DNA of 56,666 nucleotides, filler included, from Jimgerdemannia flammicorona (lineage: Eukaryota), in the NCBI GenBank assembly GCA_003990765.1. It is 3 parts of 3 records of this genome, joined end to end, with 100 filler letters (N's around TTAATTAATTAA, not from the genome) between each part and the next. Parts side by side here need not be neighbours in the genome. Positions count along the whole stretch, not along the records: positions 1 to 18,824 come from RBNJ01002101.1; positions 18,925 to 37,745 come from RBNJ01002102.1; 1 more part is not named here. One strand, written 5' to 3'. The notes below the pieces were generated by a model, which was not told the DNA's origin, made no database searches, and saw only the letters and a program-made list of their open reading frames with translations. A program made the translations under genes and the position numbers. Below are positions 12,201 through 24,060 of the stretch, piece by piece (position 1 is the first letter of the stretch; each line of letters starts with the position of its first letter).

Positions 12201-13020
12201 TTACACTGGTGGCTAAGCTGGTGGACCATCCAGGCTGGCGCCCTAGGACGAGGCAGAGGCTGAAGGATATGTGTGTTTGCTTGAGAAATGTGTTTGTATA
12301 TATTGAGAGGGTGGCGGTGAGAGGACATCAACAGATATGGCATTTCCGGTTTTGATGGAGGCATATGTTCTATTGGTTGCATTATAATTCGTTCATTCTA
12401 TTTTGAAAACAAAAAGCAAAGGATACCAAGACCCGTGTCCGTATCTGTATCTGTATCTGTAAATAGGTAGCTCGGTTTACTTTCCTCAGAATTATCAACA
12501 CTCTTCTTTGCATAGTCGTGATTCGCCTTAAGAATCTGAGTCCAGCGGTTATGGGCGGCGATTTTTTCTGTCACATGCAATCCCAATACCGGGGCTGATA
12601 GATTTCGTGAGTCGACGCGAGCATTTTGACAATCGTTTTCTTTTGTGACACCTTTGTCCCATACGTCAGCCTGTTTGACTATCATGAACAGAGCGACTCG
12701 CTCGTTGGGACAGACCCTGTTTATTACGCGTCAGAAATCTCTAGATATCTGACAAAATACTTTTGACTATAAACAGGCAATTTTGCCAGGAGCGGGACTG
12801 AATGCGATGGTGGCCTAGCTTGTGGGAGGAGTACGAAAAATACATATATTTGCAAAGAACGACAATTATAGACGACGATTTGCAACCGAGTGACTATTTA
12901 ACCACAGGAGGACGTTATCTGCAGAATGACAATTAAACTGTTGGAGAGACGCACAGCACCGGATGGGGTATGTAATACTACCCTTGCATAGTTGGAATGG
13001 TGGAACTGCTGGTTCTCTCT

Positions 13021-13152
13021 ATAGCCTAAGAACAATGGAGGGGTGACACTCAGAGAGGGTGTGGGGGAGGGTTTTGGCCTATATAGTCTAGGTTCCCTTT
13101 GAATAAAAATCTGCAGGGACTTGATTCCATTAAAAAAAAAAAAAAAAAAAAA
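13021..13152 (+). mobile_element. 5'-truncated copy (S5) of the non-autonomous retroposon
   Basis: gttttggcctatatagtctaggttcccttt.AATAAAAATCTG..GGAC..GA.TCCATT followed by poly(A) matches the 3' end of S4. Confidence 0.8.
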
Positions 13153-13422
13153 GAGTTAAAGGTAACTTTCAGCCCTAAGTTCTGAGTTCTTGAGAAAGCA
13201 CTGAGTTTCTAATTGTCTATTGCAGTAGAGTCTAGATATCACTTATGGATTCTTATATTGGTAGAAGTACCATACTTATATTCCAAGTTGATTAGACTTA
13301 GAATTATTAACAAGTTGGGTCTGAGAGTTCTGTGATTAGGATATTTTTTTTTTTTTTTTTATAGTCCCTTGGACTCCGTCTTTATTACCAGTCTATGAAT
13401 AAATTTACAATATCCCCACCCA

Positions 13423-16400
13423 CTATCCAATTCCCATTGGGTGGCCCCACCCCACCTCATCACGTATAAAGACCACCCTCTCACCGACAACTCCAACTCT
13501 CCCACCACTCTGACTACAGATTTTCACCACCAAGCGGTGCCTCCGACCCCCCTGCAGCCCCCAACCAAGCCACCAGCCTGTCAAGGTATCCTCCATAAGG
13601 AAATGCCACCTCGCTAACTGGCTCCCCGAACTCAAATATTTCTCCTCCTCAAATACAAATAACCAGTGGCTGACCAGCCCAACCCAAATAGCCAATGCCC
13701 AACCTAGAGTAATCCACTCTTCCCCAACCCCTCCTATCAATCGATCCCTCAGGTCCTCCCACCTCCCCTGTACATCATCACCCCTACGCCTTACCCCCAA
13801 GCGGTCCCCAATGGCCTGCCAAAAGTCTCCCAACACCTCACACTCCCCAAGCCAATGTTCTGGCATCTGTACCAATTCCCCTTCCTGCCCTACATTATGG
13901 CACTCCTCGCAGTCAAAGCAGCCCCCTACCACAAGATGTCCTGAGCAGAAGTTAAGCATCACATTCCTCCTCAGAACACGCCACCAGACAACCCAGTACT
14001 TCGGCGGCATCCAAATTTTCACCACAGTACTCCAGGTCCAAACCCCATGCCAGTCCCACTCCTCACCAATTCCAACACCTTGCCAACCACTAGGCCACAG
14101 ATCCTGGCCTGGACCCCTTTGGCATTCGATGCCATCACTAATGTCAAACTCCAGTAAAGGCATGCCTCCCAGAAGAATGCTATCCCATCTCCACATCACC
14201 AGGTCCCAAGCCCTCTCCCCCTCATCCCCTTGCCAGCGAATACCAATGCGGTGTGCCCCCTCGGCTATCCCCCACCAGAACCCTTTGTATCTCAGTCGCG
14301 CAGTGTTCCGAAGCCCAACCAATGAAAGAAGATCACCAGTTAAGCCTCTAGGCGATGTTCGTCTCTCCCATATCTTCTACAGCAGAGGGACCCAGCCCCC
14401 TCCATGCAACTCCGCCGCCCTCCTCAGCCACCAAGCCCTCAAGCAGTGTAGACATTTGGGGAAGTCCACCAGCCCATGACCACCTCTCGCCACTGGTAGG
14501 GACAAAGTCTCCCAACTAATCTGACTCCTTCTGCCCACCCAGATCCATCCCTTGGCCACCTTCACCAATCGCTTCACTACCCAGACTGGGAAGTCCAGAT
14601 GATAGGCCAAATACCACAGCTTCAGCAGCTAGTATACATTCAAAATCGAGATCCTTCCTGCCAGAGAGAAGTGTCGACCCCCCCAATCCCTCAGGTCCTC
14701 CTCCCAAATTCCAATCCTCTGCTCCCACCACAGCCTGGGCAAAACAGACCCATAGACTGACAAATAGATGCCCAAGTACTGCACTGCCTCACCGGTGGGG
14801 ACAATTGTTCCAATAACTTCTCCACCCACCAAGCCATTGCCCAGCACCATTGTTTCACACTTGTACCAATTCAGCTTCGCTCCAGAGTTCTCCTCATACC
14901 ACTCCACTGTCTTCCGGAGCTCCTCGACATCTGCAGTCACACCCAAACCAACCACTATATCATCCGCAAAGGCTCCAACCTTCCAGCCAATGCCATAGAT
15001 AGAGAGCCCCACAATCTTCTGCCAAATTCTGTCCATCAGAGGTTCCAAGGAAAGAGCATACAAAATGGGGGACAGCGGGTCCCCCTGGGGCACTCCCCTA
15101 CCCAGAGGGAAGGCCACTCCATAATGCCCATTGCACACAAGCGCTGCCCTACTCCTTTCCAGTAGGCTGACCATTGCCGCCCGAAATGGGCCCGGAACTC
15201 CAATTCTATCCAATACTTTCGCCAGCCAGACTCGCCGCACCCGGTCATAAGCCTTCTCCTGATCCAAGAAGACGAGACGCCCATCTAGTCCACAGGCTCG
15301 AGCACCTTCAATAACTCCATGTACCCAGGCCGTGCCATCTCTAATAAGCCGACCCCCTATGAAGCCCCTCTGCTCAATACCCACAATTTGCTGGGCCACC
15401 TTCTGTAGCCTTGCAACCACCACCTTAGTCACTAACTTCCTATCCATATCTAGCAACATTATCGGCCACCAGTTCTTCCAATCCTCTCGCCTTCCCTTGT
15501 TCTTATAAAGCAGCGTCACCAGCCCAAGGTCTTGCTCCCCCACCCATCTCCCTGACTGCAATATAGAGTCACACAGTGCTGTCAACTCTCCCAATATGCC
15601 CGGGACTCCAACCATATGCTTCCAGAAGTCCCAAGGGAGGCCATCCTCCCCAGGCGCCATACCCGAGGCTGTCGCGGCAAGAACCTGGTGGATCTCGTCC
15701 TCCTTTACAGGTATCACCAGTTCACCTAGTCCCTCAGCTTGTGGCAGGTGCCAATCTTCTAATGTTCGGTCAATGGCTGTAGTATCCGCCCCACCCTCCT
15801 CCTCACTCCACAATCCACTCTATTGCACTTTCAGTATTCTAAGGATGTCCTGTACACTATGCAATAGCATATCATCGGAGCCAAGTACCCATTCCCACCG
15901 CTGCTGTGCCCTTCTTGCTCGAAGTGTCCTTGTGAGAAACTTGGATGGCCTCTCCCCTTCCTCCAGCCCCTGCCAACGAAGCCGTGCCACTAGGCCTTGC
16001 ACCCTTGACTCTTCCTCTTCCCGCAGTACCTGTTGCAGTTCCCCCACCTCCATTCTCACCCTCTTTAATCTCCAATCCTCTTCTCCCTCCACTGTCATCA
16101 GTCTTGCCCACTCCTCCAGAAGCCTAGCCAATCTAGTAGAAGCCCAATGCACTTTCTGCCTTCGCTATTTCCCAGCCACTCTGCCAGCCTCACTCCAATA
16201 CATCCTGGCCATCTCTTTCATCCTCATCCACCAAACCTCAATCGCGGCCCCTTCCTGCTGCCAATTTGCCACTTTTAGCTGAATGTCATTTGCCCACTCC
16301 TCCCACTGGGCCTCATCATCCAACAACGAGGAATTTAGGTGCCAATGTCCAGGCCCATCCCTACTTCCCCCAAAACACCCCTGTCCCAAGAGGCCCCAGT

Positions 16401-17079
16401 GATCTGACCATGGACACTATTCGACCTCTAGCACCTTCCAAACATCGCGGCCCCAACAGTTGGCTGTCAGAATCCAGTCAATCCTTGTCCCCAGACCTCC
16501 AGTCCAATGCATATATACTCTCCTATTCCCCCAGTGCTCCCTACCAGCATCCACCATTGCTCCTAGCCATTCAACCTCCTCCCATGTTGCTAACCCCCCA
16601 CTCCTGCTCTCTGCACCCCGTCCTCCATCAGTTCTATCCATCCGTACATCCCGAACCATGTTGAAATCTCCTCCAAGCATATCCAATCCAGCTTCAGCAA
16701 TGATCCCACTCTCCAGGAGCCCTTTCACCCAATCCACATGCTCCCCCCGCACAGCAGGGCAGTAACAGGAGCCAACGGTGACCAGCTCCCAATCTGCATG
16801 AATCCACTCACCCCAGACCAGTCTCTCCCCCCAGCTCCTCACATCCTTTATCTCCCCTCTGCCTTTCCACACCAGAATCCTGACCTTGCTGTTCCAAGTT
16901 GCCATACCACTCTATTCCTTAGTCTATTCTATCCTTTCAGCATCATCCTCACACCTGACATCCTGCAAGAGGAAGAGATTGGCCTCCAATCCCTTCAACC
17001 AAATAAAAATGTTCCTGCGTCGAACTGCGCCCCTCAGCCCATTTACATTCATAGAAAAAATGTTGGTTGTACTGTTCAT
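13423..17079 (-). pseudogene. LINE ORF2: APE endonuclease + reverse transcriptase + C-terminal Cys/His finger; single frame with TAG stops
   Basis: Motifs IFSMNVNGL, LLQD, GGDFN, RIDWIL, SDH, APGEDGL, LDQEKAYDRV, GVPQGDPLSP, FADD, YLG and CFDC...HWLGEC; 3657 nt, no net frameshift. Confidence 0.95.
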
Positions 17080-17109
17080 AGTAAAATACTGTTTGTTCGC
17101 AATCAATCT

Positions 17110-18824
17110 CTACTGCTCCATGCTCCTCTCCTCCTGTGCTGTGTCCAGATCATGTTCAGCCATCGCCTCCTCCTCTGCAGCCCTCTGAGTCTCTAGTCCA
17201 GCCAACAGCTCATTCATCTCCTCATCAGCCTTCTCCTCAAACTCCTCTCAGTACTCAATGCAAGCCTCCTGCCAAAGCTGCAACCCATGACGCCTGTTCC
17301 AACAGTACTCAGCCTTCTCCCCAGCGACCACCACCAACTCTGCCTCTCTCGCCTTATTCACCTCATACCCTTCCTCCTCCAGATATACTGCAAGAATTTC
17401 TGCCTTCAGCACTATTGCCACTCCTTCCCCCTGCAAAATTCCCATCCAGTGCTCATCACTCATTGCGCGCAAGTCCACCTCCCCCAGCTCTTCTGCTGCC
17501 AGGTTATTCATCATCCGGCACATCCAAAGTAGGTTCCCCACCTCCTTTCCACCAGGGGTCACCGGCCTCCCTCCATCCAGCATCGTGGTGTCAGCTCCCG
17601 TACTCGCATCCTCATCCCATACCTCCGGAACATCCACCAGTTCCTCCTCCCCTGCTGCCACTACTCGGTCCCCATCCAATACCTCCGGAACGCTGAATTT
17701 CACCTGCTGGGTCCCCAGCATCGTCACGTCCTCCCCAGACTTGTTTCTGGAAGCCGGGCCACGCCTGATAAGAGGGGAAGGGGTGGGGGAATTCTCCCAG
17801 ACTTCATCCCAAACCTCCAAAGTGCCATCGGCATATAGGTTGCTAACCTTCGCCTCCTCAGCCTTCCCTGACTTTGCCCCCTTGTTCCCACTCCTCTCAC
17901 CAGCCCAGACACTCGCTCCGGCCCCTTCTGTACCCGTCTTCATGCTCACCTCCTTCTGTGGTCCTTCCCCCAGCTTAGCCAGTAGATCCTTCTGCCTCTT
18001 CCGCCCCTGAGCCCTTTCCCACTGCACCTTGTCAACTCGAATCCTCTTTCCATCCACCACCTCCAGGAGTGTTGACTCCTTGAAAGCCTTCCAGGCCTTA
18101 GCTTGCCATTCCACAGCCCCATCCAGCTCCTCCAGTGCTTCCAATAGATCTTCCTCCTCTTCTTCACTATCTTTCACCCACGCCACCTTGCACAGGAAAG
18201 CTCCCCAGACCAATACCGAAGGCCAGTCCCTCGTCTTCCCGGTAGCCTCTTTCCCAGCCAGCCGAATCCTCACATCCACATCTCCAGTCATGAGCGTGGT
18301 CCCTTCCCAGACCCTGAATCCGATATCCACCATCTCTCCATACTCCGCCATGACATCCTCCACTCTCTTCCTCGTCTCCATCACCGTCACCGTGGGCACT
18401 CCCTTCACCAGCAGTTGGACCACCCTCGGATCCCATTTCAGACACCTTGCCATCAGAACATACACCTCCCCAACCACCAACCCAACCTTCAGTGCCTCCT
18501 CCAGTGGTTCAACCTCCTCAAACCCCACCTCCACCCCCTCCAGTCCTTTCAGAAACTTCACCGAAGCTGCTCCCACCATCTGCTTAGCGATAAGTCCCAA
18601 TACCATTTTCGCCGTCACCACTAAGCCCCGGAAGCACAGTGTGACTGTGAACGCCGAGATCGACTTCTTGAGTAACGGGGCCACTGCCAGTCCCATCACA
18701 CCATCCGCCAGGTCCCCAGGCCTTGTGCCCTTCCCACTGCTCGGCTCACTATCAGCAGTCCCATCTAGATTTTTTTCCAGATCCCCCATCACACCCCCAT
18801 CAGCAGTCCCTGCCCCAGCCACTA
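17110..18824 (-). pseudogene. LINE ORF1 (RRM-like region, acidic/coiled C-terminus), premature TGA at 17248
   Basis: Long ORF directly upstream of ORF2 and homologous in all four copies (LKKSISAFTVTL..., VQLLVKGVP...EYGEMVDIGF). Confidence 0.8.
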
Positions 18825-18924
18825 NNNNNNNNNNNNNNNNNNNNNNNNNNNNNNNNNNNNNNNNNNNNTTAATTAATTAANNNNNNNNNNNNNNNNNNNN
18901 NNNNNNNNNNNNNNNNNNNNNNNN
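18825..18924. other. Artificial contig linker N44-TTAATTAATTAA-N44
   Basis: Six-frame stop 12-mer centred in exactly 100 nt; repeated identically at 37746-37845. Confidence 0.95.
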
Positions 18925-19110
18925 CTAGACTCGGCTTTACGGCCTGAAGCTATTCCAAATTAAGAAAGCAGTCACTTTGATTAGCTAAGCCTCTCATCGG
19001 GTATAAATACCCCCTTCCCCATTATTTTTTCGTTGCACAAACAAAGGTCACGTGACCCGCGTTTCACAATTTCAAACAAATAAACAAACACACCTTCGCC
19101 TATTTCGGCA

Positions 19111-20613
19111 ATGTCGGCCACCTCCTCCGTCGTCGGCGATGACAGCAATGCCACCCGTCTCTTCGCGCGCTTCGGCGCCTCTCTCCGCTGCGCTGAATGT
19201 CGCGGTGTCGGTCTTCTTTCCATCGGCTTCAGCGAGGGTAGCCTTACGGTGATGTGCAGGTCCGGTCGTGCGGGGATGCACGACCGATATCAGCATATTT
19301 ATCTTCGCTGCACGATGCGGAAGATGACGAAGAGATCGCAATCTCGTCCGAATCGGACCATGACGCCCAGCGCGTCAATTATTCTCCCACGCTCCGCCCT
19401 TCAATCGGAACAAGCGTGGTCGCCCAAACACTAGTTTGGGAATGACCCCGACGGCCGGTCGTGCGGGCCCCTCAGCCGACCCCGATCTGGTCACGGAGAT
19501 GGCCGCGATGAGGAAGCAAATCTCGGATTTGCTGACTCAAGTGGCCGATCTGGCCAAGATCAACGCTCAGCTGATGGCGCAGCATGCTGCGCATCATGCA
19601 CCCACCACCCCCTCGACATCTGGTGCTCCTTCGGGAAGTACCCCGCCGCCCCTTCCACATCCGCCCCCCCCAAGTCCTCGGCCCCCCCTCCTACTGGTCC
19701 TGCTGCGAACACGCGGTCGAAGGCCCAGAAGCGAGCAGACAAGCTGGCCGCTAAAGCCGCCGCATCGCAGTCTGGTGCGCCACCAAAGGAGGTAACTCCC
19801 ACGGCTGTACCTCCAGCCGCTAAAGCCGCGCCCCCTAAAAAGGGCAAGGCCAAGGCTCCCGGGCCAGTGCCCCAGGCTACGCCTGAGGGACCCAGCGCCG
19901 CCGGTCCATCTTCGTTCCATGCTTCGACCCCCGCCCCCTCCAAATCGTATGCCGCCGCCACCAAGAAGGTCTCTATCAAGGATAGGACCCAGGCCTACCC
20001 CGAGATGGAAAGGGCAGCTGCTGCTGCCGCCCTTTCGCGCATGACCCGCAAGCCGACCTCTCATTTGTCGCCGACTGAGAAGGGCGCTAGGCTGTAGCAT
20101 GTTTACGTTGACAGATTCGCCCATCTGAAGATCGGGCAGATCCGGAAGAACTTATACGACGTCTATGTGATGTTGTCAAAAGTTCTCAACATGTCGTACG
20201 TCTCGGCGTCGACAATCGAATTCCTTCTCCACCCTGATTATGTCACGGTGTTCTAAAAGAAGATGAGGGCGCTCGGGTTCTCGGTCCTTTCGGTCTGGGA
20301 CCCCACGCTTCCCCGCAACAAGAACGCCATGGAGGCCGTAAAAACACGGGTCCTCCAGTCATTCCATGCTTGGGTCCGGCAATTGGCAGGCGAAGCCACT
20401 GTAAAGAGGCCCGAGGTGCAGACCTTCTACAGGGCGTGGGCCGCGGAACTCGGCCTCACCCTCCCCTCCACTGCCTCCCCATCCGCTGGCCCTGCTTCGA
20501 AGGCAGGTGGTATTGTTGCTGTGATGTGTGAGATGGCGATGGATTTGGAAGCTGAAGCTTCCGCCTCAGGTGCTTCCCACGCTGTTGGCGCTAGCGCGCC
20601 CGGCCCCCAATGA
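19111..20613 (+). pseudogene. T1 ORF1: CxxC...CxxC zinc ribbon, coiled coil, Pro/Ala linker, RRM-like C-domain (frameshifts and stops)
   Basis: CAEC...CRSC, MRKQISDLLTQVADLAKINAQL, SYAAA and RVYVDG...IEFLL...WDP, reconstructed by comparison with T2. Confidence 0.75.
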
Positions 20614-23600
20614 GAGTCGGGTTCCTCAATGCATATGGACTACCTCAGGACAAGTTCGATGTGCTCAGTCGGTTGATTGGTCCTGCCCTCGACGTTCTTT
20701 TCGTATGTGAAATGTGGCACATCCCGCTGCGTCCCTCTCCGCTCATTCACATGTCCTCCCCTCCGGCGTCGCACAGGATCGTGGGTCACCAGAACGGTGG
20801 TCTCGTGGTCCTTGTGTCAAACCGTTTCGCCCCCCTCATTTCCAGGTCCTCCACCGACCCCTTCCATATCCGGCTCATGTTCCAGGGCCTGGCTTTGGTT
20901 GGGGTTTATGCCCCCCCTCTCTTCCCATTGGTGGCTTCCGTGATCTTGTGTCTGGTCCCTTCCCAGGTAAGGCTCTCCTGATCGGTGACATCAATACCTA
21001 TTTCGGTGCTCGCCTTGGTGACGTCAACTCTGGTCCTCGCGATCGGATGGATGTCGTCGATACCTCCATGATGACGTGGTCGTTGAACCACCTGACCCCG
21101 GTGGCTGGATCCACACGCGTTGATCACGCATTCGCCACTGCGTCCCTCCACACGTCCCTCACCTGCTCCACCCCTCCTGTCGCCACCGACCACCCCTCCC
21201 TCCTCACTGTCACCTTTCCCTTCTCCCCCTCGCCAGTCGCTGCCTTAGCTGGTGTCCGACGCTACTCTGCGAAATACCTGACTGACCTGGTCGTTCAAGC
21301 CCACCTTCGGGAATCGGCGGATATCGTTTGTGATACCGTCATCAGGTCCATTTACTCTGTTAGGGACTACATCGCTGGCTTTCGCTCTGTGGAAGATCGC
21401 CAGCAGTTTGTGGATTCCCTTGACACTCTTTTGACCTCTGGTCTGCAGTCTGTCTGTGAGGACATTCTTGGCTCGTATAACGCAAGAGAAATCAGAGCGG
21501 TGCCGCTCCCTAGGCATGACCTCCTTTGCAGTGCATCGTTGGTCTCCGATGCCATCCGTGGTTTCAAGTGAGCGTATCGCTCCACCCCCTCCGCACTCCT
21601 CCAATCTCGCTCTCCCAATGTCCCTGTATTCGACGATGTGGTTGCTTACTTTACCACTATCTTCGGCCAGCCAGACACCTCCCTCCGCCTCGATGACTCT
21701 GAGGATGTCTTTCCCCTCGGCGTGGGTGCTCTTGGGCTGCAGTCTTGGTTTGACCAACCTGCGGTTTAGAGAGCTATCCGTAGCTACCCCCTCTCTAAGG
21801 CATGTGGTGCCGACTCCTTGCACGTCCGGATCCTTCGGGTGATGGCGGGCGAGAAGGACGCCCCCTGTAGCCTTTCGAAAGCTCTTTCATTCTTCTTCCA
21901 GATGTGCATGGTCTGGGGGCTCACTCCCCGCCGCTGGAACTCAGCCATCATCACCCTGGTCCCCAAGAAGGAGGAATCGCGTACGATTGATGGATTTCGC
22001 CCCATTGCTCTGACTGAAATATTTCGCAGACTCTTCGAGCGGTGTTTGGAAGGATACGTCAAAAGCCGAGGCGGCCTGACAGAAATGTCGCGCTGCCAAG
22101 GCGGCTTCCGAACCCGCTTCTTGTCCCTTTCTCATGTCCTGTTAGCACGAGACGTGGGCTAAGGGATGGGGCCGCCGTGTCTTTTTGGACCTCCGGCAGG
22201 CATATGATCGAGTCCCCCTCAAGTGCATTCTTTCCCGCCTTGAGGCGCGAGGTGCCGATGCGGCCCTCCTTAGCATTATCCGAAGCCTGTTCAATCACTG
22301 TTCTTATCAGGTGGTTGTCAACGGCCTCGTCACCCCTTCAGTCCCCACTGAGCGTGGCCTCTTCCAGGGCTCCCTCCTCTCCCCCTGGCTCTTTGATGTC
22401 TTCATCGATCCCCTCGCCGCCTCCTTTGATGAACAGTTCAAGGAGTACGACTTCCCCCTCGGGCTTTTCTTTGCGGATGATATCGCCCTTACCCCCCGCA
22501 CTACCGCGGAAGGGCAAAGGATGGTTGATTTTTGTGAAGATTGGCTTCGGGTGAATGGTATGGAGCTCAATCCCAAGAAGTGTGGTTATGTTGGCCCTGC
22601 CGACTGTACCGTGCGGATTGGGGGCGAACCCTGCCTGCGACCCACCTCCTATGTATACCTGGGCGTGCCGTACACCAACAAAGGGTTTGACTTTGTCGAC
22701 CTGGTGTTGCAGAATGCGGTGAAGGCGGAACGAACTCTTGGGTTCTGCCGCGCCTGTGGTCCTCTCTGGTCGCCAATGGTCAAGCTGGCCATCGTACGAA
22801 CTTTCATCAGGCCTCAGCTGGAGTATGGCCTCCCCCTTCTACGTGCTTCCTGTCCGGCTACTACCACGGGGCTTCAGGTGTTGAAGCATCCCGAACAGGT
22901 CTTTGATGAAGCTGTCGCTTGGGCGGTTGGATTTTCCGGCTGTCCCTTGCTTGGCAGTTCGATTCTCGGCCTCCCTTCCTTCCTTCGTCATATGTCTGAC
23001 CTCTGCTGCATGTTCCAAGCTCACCTGGATTGGTGTAGCAAGTCGGGTAATAACCCCATTGGCCCCCTTAGCGAGCGCTTTGTCACGCGTCCCCCGGGTT
23101 CTATTATTGACAAGTTCCGGCGTTGGACCTCTTGGCTTGACTTCCTCGACTGGTACTGGGACCTCCGTCCCCAGGTCCGCAAGACTCGCTCGCTCCGCTC
23201 CTTCCTCCAGTCCTTCCTCTGGGATCAGCTGCTGCAGGAATGGGCTTCCTCCTCCCAGGCTCTCATTCGGTATATCACCCCCAAAGGCCGCTTATGGTCA
23301 CGGGGAGCCGATCGCATCCTCTCCTTCCCCCCCCGGCTTGTGCGTTCCGCCCTCGCCTGGCACTATGGCTACTTTGGCCAACCCCGCCCCTGCCCCTGTG
23401 GAGATAAGTTTCATCGTGGCCATCTCCTCAGGTGCGGTCTTCTCGACGGTTCGTATTCTGCTTTCCGAGGTTCTTCAGATGGAGATGAACAGCTCGACTG
23501 GTTTACCAGTGACGAATAGCAGGAGGAACTTCGTATCTACCCTCTTCATGCTCTTCACGAGACAGCCTACCACGCTATCGACGCCATGTGTAATTCTGGT

Positions 23601-23654
23601 GGCCATCTCGCGGTCGGGTTCTGTCTGACCAAGATTACAAAGATGCTTGGGTGA
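20610..23654 (+). pseudogene. T1 ORF2: APE endonuclease, reverse transcriptase, CPC...H...C knuckle
   Basis: Motifs GFLNAYGL, CEMW, GVYAPP, IGDIN, RVDHAF, TDH, FRPIAL, QGGFR, DLRQAYDRV, QGSLLSP, FADD, YLG and CPCGDKFHRGHLLRC. Overlaps the ORF1 stop as ATGA. Confidence 0.95.
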
Positions 23655-24060
23655 TCGAGCGATCGCACATTTTCTTTACTTCTTTCTTTCCCCTCGTTTG
23701 CCCCGGTTGGTCCCCCCGTTGTGGAGAGCGCATTGAGTTATTCATCTCATTTCAGTCATTTGGTGTTTAGTTGTCGATACAGTTCATGTAGTAGGCGCCG
23801 GGCGAATGTGTATTATATCTTAGCCTTTCCTTTCTTTGCTTTTTGCATTTATTATCTCTACGGCCGTAACTAAATGGTTTATCCAGCCTGTCCATAGGGT
23901 GGTCGCCTCTCTGGCCTTTGTTTTGTACTTCTTAGCTAGTTGTTTACTTCGCTGGCCTTGTTTTGCTTTTCTCATCTTAGGAGTCTTGTCTTTTGTTGCT
24001 CCGATGTATCTCATCTTCTCTACAATGAATAAATTCTTACTTGAAGCCTAACCCTAACCC

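Larger units (their letters stand above)
13344..18824 (-). mobile_element. L1/Tx1-like LINE, copy A (5' end lost at contig edge)
   Basis: Poly(A) seen as T17 at 13344-13360, preceded by AATAAA; ORF1 plus APE-RT ORF2; homologous to 41981-47842. Confidence 0.95.
18925..24060 (+). mobile_element. APE-type LINE with telomeric (CCCTAA) 3' tail, copy T1 (least mutated)
   Basis: Internal GTATAAATACC at ~19001, ORF1 19111-20613, ORF2 20610-23654, ~390-nt 3' UTR, AATAAA at 24028, tail CCTAACCCTAACCC at 24047-24060. Confidence 0.95.

Noticed and set aside
11444..12382. 312-aa antisense ORF, and other long antisense ORFs over LINEs (e.g. 18029-18880, 27997-28764)
   Set aside because: Shadow frames of GC-rich or strand-biased coding sequence; no recognisable motifs.
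13153..13343. Possible LTR U5 fragment resembling positions 1-40
   Set aside because: Similarity is too short to support by eye.
18825..18924. Palindromic TTAATTAATTAA inside N runs (also at 37746-37845)
   Set aside because: Assembly linker with stops in six frames; not biological, and links across it cannot be trusted.
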